Origin: a virus
Taxonomy: Duplodnaviria > Caudoviricetes
Length of the DNA: 59,056 nt
Virus record (IMG/VR): IMGVR_UViG_3300043395_003306
Location: 1-59,056 of that record
Reading direction: 5' to 3' (one strand)
Each line of letters starts with the position of its first letter. Positions within the stretch are counted from its first letter, which is position 1. Below, piece by piece: positions 1 through 11,400 of this stretch. A program made the position numbers and the translations under genes. Under the pieces are notes generated by a model. That model was not told where the DNA came from. It worked only from the letters and a program-made list of their open reading frames with translations, and searched no databases.

Positions 1-524
1 GAAGACTTTAGCGGAGACTTACGTCCCTGAGTCCGCAGTGAGCCGTCGTCAGGGTCTGCGTCGGCGCGGAAATACTCCGCCCAGTCCGCAAGACCCATGA
101 TTTCCGTGTTCCAAAAGTAGTGGCGGTACTCTTCTATTGCCGCGGCACTTACTTGGTGGCCCTGCTTCTGTAGACGGTACGACGCCTCGGAAGCGGACAC
201 TCTTCCTATTAAAAGAGTGTCGACCTTTTCACGAACCGCAGGAGCCTCCAGAATACTGGATTTCATCTCCTGTGTTGTTTCGTCGGGATGCAGCAGAGAG
301 TAGATGGCTTTTTGCTTTAGCCACCTTTTACTCTTTGGGTCGTTAGGATCCCAAGCCTTAAACCCCTCAGGAAGGGTAAGGCCCTGGCGGATTCTACCAA
401 GCTCCGCACGCTCTATCGGAGCAAGTCCGTAGAGGCGTAGGGTGCTGTTGATAGTACGTTCCTGTGCGTCCTCGAGGGAAACACACAGGAACGCAACGAA
501 GTTCTCTGCTGGATGGCGTGGCAT
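1..524 (-). CDS. Hypothetical phage protein (partial, runs off the window start)
   Basis: Not in the ORF track. ATG at 524 overlaps the TAA of the upstream gene (TAATG) and the frame is open to position 1: MPRHPAENFVAFLCVSLEDAQ...IEEYRHYFWNTEIMG. Confidence 0.75.
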   Translation of the reverse strand, partial: MPRHPAENFVAFLCVSLEDAQERTINSTLRLYGLAPIERAELGRIRQGLTLPEGFKAWDPNDPKSKRWLKQKAIYSLLHPDETTQEMKSSILEAPAVREKVDTLLIGRVSASEASYRLQKQGHQVSAAAIEEYRHYFWNTEIMGLADWAEYFRADADPDDGSLRTQGRKSPLKS

Positions 525-2050
525 TAAATCTTGTGCGTCTGAAGGTCCTTCAAAGCACTAACCACATTTTCAATTGCAAACATTGCTCGAACTGCAGCCT
601 GCTGCGAAACACTCTGAAGTCCCATCTGCGACGCCAGAACAATATTGGCCAGCTTTGTAGATGCTTCCTCAAGCTCCGGGATGTACTCGATGAAGGTTTC
701 GAGATTCTCGGGATTGATGAAGTTGAGGGCAAGAACAGAGTCAACGGAAGCGACATCTGAAAGGGCGGCGGCTTCCTTGAGAAGGCAGTGCTTCTTCGGT
801 AGCTTAACGTTCGCCAGCTTTACTGCCGCCATAGCGGTTGCTTCTTTTACGCGATCTACTGGCGTGGAAAGGGGCTGTAGTCCGTAGAGCCGAACGGGCT
901 CGGACACGCTCGCCGAACGCTCCAGAAGCTCTACCGCCAGATTCTGCGGAACGCCGGCAGCAGCAAGGTGGAAGATACCGTCTACCCAAGACTGCACGCC
1001 CGAGCCGACTTTATCAAAGACAGGTCCACGAAGATCGCAGCTGTGGTCGTTCCAGGCGCGAATCTCTACCATTGAAGAAAACGCAGATGCCTGTGCCTCC
1101 TTCATTGGTAAGTACATCGCCGTCTTTCCTTGCGCTGGCTGCGGAGCCGCACCACCCTGCGCCGCTCCTCCATCTTCAAGCTGAAGTGGAGAGTCCAAGG
1201 GCATAAACGAGAAGTCTTTTGGAATTGCAATCTCGGTGGGAGACACAGCCGTGGGGCGCTTTAAATTATCTACGCGTGACAGCTGAATTTCCTGCCCAGA
1301 GGGCAGGCGCGTTGCAAAATACTTCCGGCCTTCTACGGTAACCTCGGAAATAATTTCTACGGGCGTGGTGACTACAATTGCTCGTCCATCTGACTTGTAA
1401 AACGCCCCCATTCCTCTGATGTTGGGAGAAGCAGGGAGGTTGAAGTTTACCCCTACCTGGCTCCCAACAATCATAGGCTGGAGCGCATACTGGCTGCCGT
1501 TTACAAACAGGGCCTGTGGGGTCATCTGTCCGGTCATGATGTCCATTAGCTGCGGAATAACGTAGCCAATGATCTGCTTACCGGAGCCCTTCTCCATGAC
1601 CTTGTACATGCCAAAGGTCTGTACGGGCTGCGCGGTTTCAACAAGCGGGTCGGGGTCCGCCTCTACGCCCGTCACAGTAGCAGCACCCATCTGATCTGCT
1701 GCCTGCATGGTCTCTTGGGGCAATACTTCCTGCGCCTGCTTCTCCGATAGGAGTAGGACAACGGGCTGCATGTTGTCCGGCGCAGAAGAGATCTTTACTG
1801 CGTACCCGCCCTCTGCTGGCGTTACCTGGATAACGTCGAATCTCTGGCGTGCAGCAAAAATTTGCGCAGCGTTTGCGGTCTTTTCTGCGTCCGGAGCAGG
1901 ATGAGAAACCAGCTCACTCATGTAATGAAGTAGTGACGCGTTTTTCTCAATGGCGTATCGCCACTCAGGATCCGCCATCACGGACTCAAATCGTGCAAAA
2001 TCTTCTTTATTGATTGTGTCCGCGATGGCCGCGCAAAGAGAGCGAGTCAT
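524..2050 (-). CDS. Putative virion/head-associated structural protein (508 aa)
   Basis: Long ORF with GAGGT Shine-Dalgarno (SD); many K-x-A motifs (EKTA, EKQA, GKTA, MKEA, VKEA, VKLA, LKEA); lies in the head-gene block. Confidence 0.55.
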   Translation of the reverse strand: MTRSLCAAIADTINKEDFARFESVMADPEWRYAIEKNASLLHYMSELVSHPAPDAEKTANAAQIFAARQRFDVIQVTPAEGGYAVKISSAPDNMQPVVLLLSEKQAQEVLPQETMQAADQMGAATVTGVEADPDPLVETAQPVQTFGMYKVMEKGSGKQIIGYVIPQLMDIMTGQMTPQALFVNGSQYALQPMIVGSQVGVNFNLPASPNIRGMGAFYKSDGRAIVVTTPVEIISEVTVEGRKYFATRLPSGQEIQLSRVDNLKRPTAVSPTEIAIPKDFSFMPLDSPLQLEDGGAAQGGAAPQPAQGKTAMYLPMKEAQASAFSSMVEIRAWNDHSCDLRGPVFDKVGSGVQSWVDGIFHLAAAGVPQNLAVELLERSASVSEPVRLYGLQPLSTPVDRVKEATAMAAVKLANVKLPKKHCLLKEAAALSDVASVDSVLALNFINPENLETFIEYIPELEEASTKLANIVLASQMGLQSVSQQAAVRAMFAIENVVSALKDLQTHKI

Positions 2051-2058
2051 GCCGTACC

Positions 2059-4059
2059 TCAGTAGTTATCTTGGGCTTTGTTTGCGATAGCCATACCGCC
2101 AAGTCCGAGTCCAATACCGCCGGCCATAACGCCGTACCCAAGTCCGCGAAGACCACTCCCTGCTGTACGAGCGGCGCGATCTAGGGCCCACTCTCCGCCT
2201 TTAAGAGAATGACGGTACATATCTAGCGGCGTCACAGTTTTGCCAGTTAGTTTTGATGCGTGTTCGGCCTGAGAAGCAAAAATATTAAACTGCTCTGGGC
2301 TCATGTCTTTCGGCATGCCCATTTGCTGCATTGTGTAGGAATGCACCGCCGGGTCTACTGCTGGTGTGCCTGCTCCGGCTGCCCCTGAGGGATTGATAGC
2401 GCCAGGACCCCCTCCCGCAGCTCCTGCTTGAAGTTGGTCTGCTTTTGCACGAAGACGCCCGCGCTTTACCTTAATACTGCGCGACGGGGCTGCCCCTGCC
2501 GCAGCTCCTGCGTTTTCTGTTGCGGGAGAAGGCGTGGCTGCTCTCTCCGCAGCAGGGCTAACCGAGGACGGGGCCTCTGGCGTAGCCTTAGCGGCAGGTG
2601 AAGCTGCCCGAATTTCTTCGGCTTTGGCGGCTAGACCACCCGATGCCGGTGGGGCGCCGCTACGTGCGCGCGGCAGTGTTGGCTCAGTAAGCTCAAATTG
2701 CGCGTTAGTTAGGTCTGGTCGTCTTCCGAGAGACCCAGGTGTCCACTCTGGTCGGTTTAGTACGCCCTCAGGTCCGGTATTTGGGTACTGCATTGAAGCC
2801 CCTCCGGCCGCAGGTCCTGAGCCAGACACAACAGTAGCGCGATCTGCCGCAGGATTTACAGTGGGACGTTCTGCATACGCATTTCCCCGACGACCAGCGT
2901 CAACTACCGTAGGCGGATCCACAGGCGGTTTTGAAGCTGCTGTAGTCGTTGTTGCTTGGGCAGGCGCCGAAGCAGCGGTGGGGGCGGCCGTAAGCGGCCC
3001 CGTTCCCGGCCTTCCAGGAGGTAGTTGCCCGCTAAGGTCTGTAAACCTTGGATCAATCTTTGGGGGTGTGTTTACTGTATGCCCCCCTAAAGTATTGGCC
3101 CCGGGCATGTCTGTCAGGGTTGTACCACCGGGAAGATGACGCACCGGTTTTGGCAGCTCTACCGCTCTGCCGGGTAGTACGTTGGAGTAATGATGACGCC
3201 CCGCACTTTCTAACGTTCGCCCAGCGTCGTCAATTGTTAGGGCCCTTGTGGCCCCTGTGGCCTTGTTTGTCGCAGTAACGGTAGGCGGGTGGTAGGGCAC
3301 TGGCGATGTATGAACTACGGGCGGAGCCTTTACCGGAGGCTTTATGACGCCGCTTACGCGCTTTGCCACCATTTTTTCAAAATTTGCCGCCGCAGCTGGT
3401 ACGTTTTTTGTAACAGCAGCCGCAGTAAAAATAGCGGTCTTTTCTATTTCCTTCTGCCGAAGAAACTCCCGGAGCGGGCTGGGTTCCCCGCTCGCGGTTT
3501 TGTTGGTGGGCGCCGAGCTTAGCTTTGACAGACCAACCGCTGCGCGGTCACCACTCATCATGCCGTATCCCTGACGATGCTGGAACGGCGGGTAGATCTG
3601 GTCGAGGAGAGACTGCGTTCCCGGAAGATCCGACGCTCCGTCAAACATGGCCGGGTTCATCATTGCCGACTCAACGCGATCCTGCGTAAGCGGGTAGGTC
3701 TTTCCGCCGATCTCAAAAACGTGAAACGGCTGAAGAAGGCGGTCTGCAACAATTACGGGTACTCGAAGCTTGTTTGTCGGCTTGCCTAGCTGCTCCTCGG
3801 CGCGAGTACGCCCGGTCTTGTTACGCAGCATGGCGTAGCCGAGAGCATAGCCCGCCTCCGGCTCAACGCGTGTCATCTCGATATCTACGTCGTACTTGGA
3901 GACGAACGGCAGCTGCTTGTGTAGTTCGCTAAGGACCTGCGCAGGCCAACGCTTGTCGTCATCCGGCATACGTGCGATTGCCGCAGCTTCCTTTTCAAAA
4001 AGCTCGGCAGCCGTCTTGTGGCGGATGAACAGAGGCTGAGATGTCGGAGTGTGCAGCAT
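2059..4059 (-). CDS. Putative virion protein with globular N-terminus, Pro/Ala/Thr-rich middle and Gly-rich hydrophobic C-terminus (666 aa)
   Basis: Start re-called to ATG 4059 (MLHTPTSQPLF), which has a GAGGA SD; the track start at 4245 overlaps the upstream gene. Confidence 0.6.
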   Translation of the reverse strand: MLHTPTSQPLFIRHKTAAELFEKEAAAIARMPDDDKRWPAQVLSELHKQLPFVSKYDVDIEMTRVEPEAGYALGYAMLRNKTGRTRAEEQLGKPTNKLRVPVIVADRLLQPFHVFEIGGKTYPLTQDRVESAMMNPAMFDGASDLPGTQSLLDQIYPPFQHRQGYGMMSGDRAAVGLSKLSSAPTNKTASGEPSPLREFLRQKEIEKTAIFTAAAVTKNVPAAAANFEKMVAKRVSGVIKPPVKAPPVVHTSPVPYHPPTVTATNKATGATRALTIDDAGRTLESAGRHHYSNVLPGRAVELPKPVRHLPGGTTLTDMPGANTLGGHTVNTPPKIDPRFTDLSGQLPPGRPGTGPLTAAPTAASAPAQATTTTAASKPPVDPPTVVDAGRRGNAYAERPTVNPAADRATVVSGSGPAAGGASMQYPNTGPEGVLNRPEWTPGSLGRRPDLTNAQFELTEPTLPRARSGAPPASGGLAAKAEEIRAASPAAKATPEAPSSVSPAAERAATPSPATENAGAAAGAAPSRSIKVKRGRLRAKADQLQAGAAGGGPGAINPSGAAGAGTPAVDPAVHSYTMQQMGMPKDMSPEQFNIFASQAEHASKLTGKTVTPLDMYRHSLKGGEWALDRAARTAGSGLRGLGYGVMAGGIGLGLGGMAIANKAQDNY

Positions 4060-4075
4060 GGAATCCTCGGCCGCT

Positions 4076-4084
4076 AGAATAGCA
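4076..4084 (-). promoter_or_regulatory. Possible extended -10 element (TGcTATTCT)
   Basis: TGn-TAnnnT in the short intergenic gap upstream of ATG 4059. Confidence 0.3.
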
Positions 4085-4088
4085 GACG

Positions 4089-4463
4089 TCAGTCTATAAA
4101 GCCCGGTGTAGATATCATAATGGATACCGCAGGGGCAGTGGTAGGGAGAAGTGCAGTCGAGTTTGTTTCGTTCTGAAGGGCTACGTCCGGAATTAGGGAG
4201 CCAGGAAGCGTTACGTCCCCACGCTCGGTAAACCGCGTACTCCATTCCGCGGATAACGCACCTCCTAGATCAAGACCCACAACCGGCACACGGACTGCCG
4301 CTTTTGCGGTGATGTGCTCTACAACTGCCTCAGCAATCGCGTCGAACAGGTAGGAAGCGTCGGTTTTTGTCGGATCATCATCAGGCAACGCCGCAGCCTC
4401 AAGTCTATACGTATCGACCTTAGACTTAATTAGGGCGGAAAGTTCTGAAGCACTGAGCGCCAT
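4089..4463 (-). CDS. Small protein downstream of the baseplate spike gene (124 aa)
   Basis: Coupled to the spike gene (TAATG); contains FDAIAEAVVEHI, a helix of the kind seen in small genes that follow spike genes. Confidence 0.55.
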   Translation of the reverse strand: MALSASELSALIKSKVDTYRLEAAALPDDDPTKTDASYLFDAIAEAVVEHITAKAAVRVPVVGLDLGGALSAEWSTRFTERGDVTLPGSLIPDVALQNETNSTALLPTTAPAVSIMISTPGFID

Positions 4464-5482
4464 TACTCTACCTTGAGCCGGGGTGTGAGGTATGGGGCGT
4501 TGCCGGCGACGGAACTAGTGAGGTTACTGACCAGCGTATCGAGTCCCGGCAGAGAGATGCCCACGGAAAAAAGGGCGGCTTTCAACTGTGTCATGGCGTT
4601 ACTTAGATCAGAGATAAAAGTGTCGCCCAGAATAAACTTCTCGGCCGCAGCCTCATCTTGCTCGTAAATGACCATATCCCCTGTGTTGTCATTTAGGGCA
4701 ATGCGTACATCTTGCGGCTCTATGCCAATTCTACCGGTGCGGTCTGCAACGATCTGTGCTTTTACAACCGACTCTTCGTTGTCCTCTCGTACAAGGAGTC
4801 GGTAGACAGGGTCCTCGACGGTTACGGGCTTATTGTCCTCAATGTCTCCGTAGAGTTCCGTAAGAGCGCCACCTACGTGGATCTCGACTGCGGCGTATTT
4901 TTCGTCTGCAAACGCACGAACCTTTGTCACATACTGGCAGGCCTCAACGTAATCTTCATCTTCTTCGGGTGGTTGTGTTGTGAACGCAAAGGAGGATCCC
5001 GGTGTCTCCATTAAGTAATTCATAGCGTGAGTGCGTATTTGCTTTCCCGTAGCTTCAAGCGCGACAAAGCATAAAGGGGAGATACCTCGAATCTCTACCG
5101 ACCCGTCACGGTTAACGTAAAGACCGTTTTTGAGCGGGGCGACCATACGCATGTCGCCAGGAGACATAGGGTATGGGCTGCTCGTACCGCCGACGTAGGA
5201 TCCGTCTTGGTCGACTAAGCTGCGATATCCAATAATAAACGCTTTGTCTGTTTTGTCCGAGTCGCGCGCAACCCACACCTGCGCGCCTCTTTCTGGGAAA
5301 GCTAAAATGCCGGCGCCCTGTAGGCTGTGTAGGTACGGATTAGCCAGTAACGCATCAAAATAAACGTTTCTGTCCCCCAGGTCTACGGACACCGTACAGG
5401 TAGACTGTGCGGGATTTACGTTTTCAATTTTCCCTGCCTGTATGCGGGCGGGGAATGTTCCACTTTTTGTTCCGCTATTCAT
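4463..5482 (-). CDS. Baseplate spike/puncturing protein (gpV/gp5/gp138-like N-terminal OB fold, 339 aa)
   Basis: GKIENVNPAQSTCTVSV...PYLHSLQGAGILAFPERGAQVWV resembles the gpV OB fold; PGDMRM is followed by beta-rich repeats. Confidence 0.65.
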   Translation of the reverse strand: MNSGTKSGTFPARIQAGKIENVNPAQSTCTVSVDLGDRNVYFDALLANPYLHSLQGAGILAFPERGAQVWVARDSDKTDKAFIIGYRSLVDQDGSYVGGTSSPYPMSPGDMRMVAPLKNGLYVNRDGSVEIRGISPLCFVALEATGKQIRTHAMNYLMETPGSSFAFTTQPPEEDEDYVEACQYVTKVRAFADEKYAAVEIHVGGALTELYGDIEDNKPVTVEDPVYRLLVREDNEESVVKAQIVADRTGRIGIEPQDVRIALNDNTGDMVIYEQDEAAAEKFILGDTFISDLSNAMTQLKAALFSVGISLPGLDTLVSNLTSSVAGNAPYLTPRLKVE

Positions 5483-8400
5483 TTATGCGTAACCCCGGCA
5501 GGAATTAGGGCCTGCGGCTTACGCAGTCCAAATTCTGCTCCGTGCGCAAGCCCCGCCACGTTTGAGCCATGAATATCGGAGGTCCATGCCTGAGACGCCG
5601 CCTCGGTAAACGTGTCCTTGAGTCTGCGGTAGTTGGCGCGAGCAAGGAAGTCCTCAGAGTGGGTCAGAGGAACCTGTTCCATGCTCTTGAGCACGGGCAC
5701 ATGCTCAATCGGCGCAAGACCTTGCTTTTTGGCCTCACGATTTAGGTTTTCAACGTGGTCTAAAGCAATCAGCTGACCACGCAGGTATTCCGGGTGGTCC
5801 GGTGCGTGCTCTACGCGTGCTACGTTAGTCATAGCCTTAACGACAGTCTCAACGTTTCTACGCCGCAGTTTTACGCCAGAGTTACCGTAGGCACTAAGGG
5901 CTTCGTTAGTGAGGTACCCACGAACAGCGTGAATGTTCTTAGTGGCCTCAAGCAACTCATGTGGGTTGATCGGCCCGTGTGACAGGGGATCCCCCGCCTT
6001 AACCTCCAGCCCCGGCTTTACCGTTTCTAGAATATGGCGGTCGGCCAGAATGCGGTGCGCCTTATCGTTGACAAATACGTTGTATCCGCCGCGCGCCTTA
6101 TCCTGCTCGACCTTTGTTACTTTGCCGCTGACGGCCGCAATTGTTGCGGAGCCAGGTAGCGTAGCAGGGACCTTAAAGATTTGCTTCACACGCTCAAATG
6201 CGTCGGCAGTATAGTCCCCACCTTTTTGGGATGAGACGGCTCCGCCGGTGTGGAACGTCTTCATGGCCAGCTGCGTGACCGGCTCTCCAAGGGAGTGACC
6301 CGCAATTACGCCTACGTTTGTACCCACAGAATACGTGTGCCCGTTCTCGTTTAGCCCGTAGCACTTTGCGCAAATGCCTTTCTGCATCTGGCAGTGAAGC
6401 GGCGAGCGCACAATTACCTGAGGAATCTTAGCAACACGAAGTTGCTGGATTACCTGTGATGTCAGAAGGGTGCCCGCAGGTACGTCCTTTCCGCCGGTCA
6501 CATGCACTGGCTGTGCAAGGTACCGGTCATGAACATCGCGGTCGTCGATAGAAAGCGCGGAGCCCTTTGTCGTGTGGCAATCTTCCGCCGTAATTTGGTG
6601 GTCAATTACCGTATTGATGATGACCTTAGACAGGGCGCCAGGCTCTGCCGTGCCTGCCGCACGGTCAATTGCCCCCTTACGAGCACCGTGCATTGAAGTC
6701 CAATACTGGGAGGTAGTGAGCCCCTCTGCGTAGGATTTTGTGATGGGAAGAGCAACTGGGCGGTTCTTTGCGTCAGCAACAAGAATGGGCCCGAAGGTCA
6801 TCTGGCGGAACTGCTCCCAGTTACCGCGGGCCTTTGCAGCAACCCACTCGTACATCTTGTTCTTGCTAGTGCCGTACGCCGCCTCCCCCTTCTTCTTGAT
6901 CTCATCAAGGGCACCGGCGTAGAGCTGTACGATCTTTTGATCCTTCTCTGCCTGAGAAATCTTTGACGAGCGGATTTTCTTTTCCTCGTCCTCGTACTTC
7001 CCAAGAATACTGTCGCGTAACTTGATGGCGTCGTGGAAGTCGTTCAAGGAGAAGGAGCTTCCGTTAAAGTACGCAGCCTTTACGCTGAAGTCCTGTAGAG
7101 ACTTCACGACTCGTGCGTAGTCCTGTTTGTGTTCTTTGGCTACGCGCGTCAACAGGTTTTGCAGAGTTCCCTTGTCGAACCGATAATTTTTATCGTGCAG
7201 AAGCTTTTCGTCGTTCTGCATGTCTGGCGGAAGGAAATGAGCAATAATCGCACGACCAACCGTTGTTTCACGTCCGTGAAATGTGAAAGTCTGGTCTTCG
7301 TGAATCTTTCCATCGTTCCAGAGCTTGTACGCTTCTTCTGCTGAGCCAATCTTTACCTTTGCCGGCTCTCCCCACTTTGTTGCCTGGAACAACCCAATAA
7401 GGAGGTCTTTCTCTGGCATCGGCATGATTTGGCCCGAGGTCGGAGAAAACAGATTGTTTGACGGCATCATTTTCTTGGCATCATTGACCGCTTCGTTGCC
7501 AAGCGGAACGTACAACGCCATGGTGTCGCCGTCGTGGTCCGCGTTGAACCCGGAAGTGACCAGCGGATGCAGGCCGATTGCCTTGCCTTCCGTGATGCGC
7601 GGGGTGAAGGCAAGGATGGAGAACTTATGGAGCGACGGATCGCGCTTTAGAAGAACAGGACGATCAGCAACAACGCGATGTAGAACTTCCACTGCGAAGG
7701 GGTGCTTTTCGTCCACCATCTTCTTGGCTTCGTGGGGGAGGTAGTTGTGGCGGGCATGCAGCTCCTTAACTACGAACGGCTTGTACATCTCAAAGGCGAT
7801 GGGAAGTGGGATCCCGGCCTCGTCTAGACCCAGCTCCGGCGCAGTAATGATCGTAGAGCGGCCCGAAAGGTCTTGGCGGCGATACACAACAGAACTCTGG
7901 AAGTATGAGCCCTTTGTTCCTTCCATCAGCTCCATCAGGCCGCGGTAGTGCCGAGCCTTGGACGACTTCTGTTGAATATCCAGCCCACCTACGCGCAGAG
8001 ACTTCACCGCATCGTACAGGTCTGCAACCTGCCTTTGCTGCGCCGCCTTACCGACGCCTTCTGCCACGTTCTTACGCAGGGACTCGTTTAGAATTCCTAC
8101 ATTCTGGTACAGAAGATTTAGGTCGTCGACGGTCTGAGACCCGTCAGGGTTTACCATCAAAGGACGCATCGTAGGGGGCAGAACCGGTAAGTGCTGCATC
8201 GTATACGCGTCAACAGGCTTGATTCCTGTCTTCTTGAGGGCCTGTAAATACCGAATACGGCGGTACGCCCGGTCTAGCGGCGCGCCTTTTAGCTTCCCAA
8301 TCTGGGAGTTCAGGTCTTTCAGTTCCTTGTCGACGTCAATGTTCTTGAGAGCATCAACAATTACCTCAGTACCCAGTTTCCCACCCTGATGTCCCTCGTG

Positions 8401-11400
8401 CGAGATGAGCTTCTCATACGCCTTTTCATCAATCCCAGTAAGGGACTGGATGGCGCGCTCAAATACGGGGTTGGGTAGGCGGTGGTTGAGGTCGAGGTGC
8501 GTCCAGAAATTACCCTGTAGGCCGCCGGTTAGTTTTTTATCAAACAGACCGCCCTTGTCCTCAATAGTACGGGCCGTGACCTGCTTCAGGTCTCCCTTAA
8601 TTGTGGTCAGCTTGGACGGGGCCGCGAGCTTGCCGGTGCTGAACTTAAGGGTCTGCGCATCTGTAAGCGGCTGAAGAACGTACTTGTCGCCCTTCTTCTC
8701 CATATGCATGCCCATCGCACGCATGTAGTTGATGAACTTCCCCATGCTCTTATTTGGCTTGGGGTCAGGCAGCGGACGGTTTTGCTGAAGAGCTACCCAG
8801 ACATCCGACTGCGACTGGTCGGACTTCCAAGTCTGCGCTTCACGGAGAATGTTTGTCGCCCCGTGCGCCAGAAGAGCGTAAGTCGTAAGCTGGTCAAGTG
8901 TCTGACCGCCGCCGGGAATACCAGACCCACCAGGAGGCTCACCATTAGAGTCATACGCCCCTCCGTGCGAACGGGCTGTCATCTTCTTATCGACTTGATG
9001 GTGAAGCTTTAAAAGGTACTGGTCGCCCGTCAAGATCTGGCCGAGGCTTCTCTTTGTCTTGGGGTCAAATAGTTCTTCGGTGTCAGAGAGCTTGTGCTGC
9101 TTAAGCTCGTCCATGACCTTTTGCGTATAGTCGACACCCGGCTGGAAATTGTCCACGACATACGGCTTTCCAGTCTTGCGCGCAATTTTTGATGCGGCAG
9201 TCTCCAAAAGCTGGCCGATATTCATACGACTTGGGACGCCGGCTGGTCCGAGAATTACATCTACGGGCTTACCGTCCTTATCGTGCGGCATTTCGTGGTC
9301 GGGAAGGATCGTACCGATGATCCCTTTGTTTCCGTAGCGCCCTGTGAGCTTGTCGCCGACGGTAGAGGGCTCCTCTGTACGGACGAAAACCTTTACCGAC
9401 TTACCAGCACGGACAACTTTGGCGACGACTCCGGGGTAATCATGTTCCCAGAATACTGAGCCACGGGTGTCGTAGGGTGTAGCGAGTGATCGTGCGATAG
9501 TCCTCGCCTCATCGCGCGGATCAACGCGAGCAGGCGCAACAACTGCAATAAGGACATCTCCATGCTCTACTCGCTGGCCCTGCTTGATTACTCCATCGTC
9601 TCCCAGCTTATTGACGCGCTGCGCCGTAGCCTTGTCGGGAGAGGAGTACGAAATCCATCGCTTCTTGTCCGTCTGCATCCCAGAGAAAAGCTCTACGCTC
9701 ATTTCGTGAAGGTGGGTAGAGGTCAACTTCTTCGCTGCGGACTCCGACACAACGATTGAATCTTCAAACGTGCGCCCGTGGTACGTCATGTACCCAACAC
9801 GCATGTTGGTGCCAAGAGCTAAACTGCCGTCCCGTGTGTAATTAGAGTCGGCGACAACCTGCCCCTGCTTCACCTTGTCTCCGGCTTTTACAAGCGGGTC
9901 AGAGTGGAGCATGGTCTTTCCGCCGTTTAGCGGGAAATGGTCGTACAGCGCAACCTTGCGTACCTTGCCATCGTCGGCCTTTATATGAATATGCGACTCG
10001 TCTACCTTTGTAACCGTTCCAGCTACCGGGGCCGCGTGTGAGCCAAATGTCCCAACTAACTGGTCAAACGTGTAGTTTGAGTCCGTTTTAGTCTGGACTA
10101 GGGGAGCTTCTCGGTCCTTGAGCGAGATCGCCTGCTCCATTTGCTTTGCCGCAAACATGGCACGGTTGCCCGAGTTTGTAGAAAGAAACGGAACTAAATT
10201 TGCGGCAAATGAAAAGAGCCCCTTTGACGAAGGGAGAACGTACTGCACCTCTGACCAGGGCTTTTGGGCTGTGCGCCGATCCGAGTCAAAGACGGTAACC
10301 ATGTTGCTATTCGGGACAGGCTTTCCATTCTTCCAAGACACCTGATCTGGGTACGCAACTACAGCCTGCTCTAGGGTTCCTGGGGTTGCGTCAACAAAAG
10401 ACCCCTTCTTTACGTCCCACACACGAGTAACAAGCACCTTTCCTTTCTTACGCGCCCCAATTGGAAGGTGGAGAGAGATACCCGTGGCGTCGCTTTCGGG
10501 CGTCTGCACTGGGTCAAGGAAGCCCAAGTGAGATGCGTTGATAAGCTTGTCCTCGGTCTTAATTGTCTCTCCGCCCTTAATACCGCCAAAGTCGGCACCT
10601 AAAATTGTGGTGCGCAAGTGCCCTGAAAGGAACTGTAGTGGGTTCGTCTGCTCCGGAAGTTGCCCGGCGCGAAACGTGTTTCCGATTGTACCTGTGTAGA
10701 GGTCTCGGGCCGGAATCTCAGAAAGCTTAGATGCCCGGTCAATTACCGCGGTGATCTTACGAGTAGCGTCTCGCTGGTTCCGAGTAATGAACCGCTCTAC
10801 GAAATCCGCAGTGCTAGTAATGTCTTTGGCCGCAAGCGTCTGACGGTCGTCCGGCTCTGCGTGTGCGCGAGAGATGTCTAGGATTCTTTTTGACGACGCA
10901 AGCAGCGCGGGGGCAGTAACGTGCCCGAATTCCAGACCAAGCGTGTTGTGCTGGTCCCCGTCTGGGCGCGTTGTCTTCATATCGCTAAACAACTTTGCGA
11001 CGTACGCAGACGCATCCGCAACCGACATAGACGCCGCTTTCTTTTTTTCCTCCGCCGTCTTTGCAAACGTCTTTGGAATCTTAAGTAGGTCTTCGGGCTT
11101 TGCGCGCGCCTTGTTTACCTCGAACACCGTCTTGCCAAACGCCTTTTCAATATCGGCGTCTGACATATTTAGAGACTTGAGTACGGAGTAAACCGGAACG
11201 GTAGACGTACCAATTGCCATCGTGACGCGCCCAGTAGAGCGGTCGATATTTAGGTCGAACCCTTTTTTGCCCTGAAACGCCCAACGTGCCTCAATCTCTC
11301 CGTTGTCCGCGACGCGGTGGTAAACGCCAGGCTTGAGAAGAAAGACGCTGTCGTGTTGCCGCTCGTGACCGTCCACAATGTAGCTATAGCGGCGCGTAAT

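Noticed and set aside
4060-4245. Track N-terminal extensions (also at 24572, 27019, 29003, 29974, 56145, 57021)
   Set aside because: They overlap neighbouring genes or terminators; downstream starts have an SD or coupled overlap.
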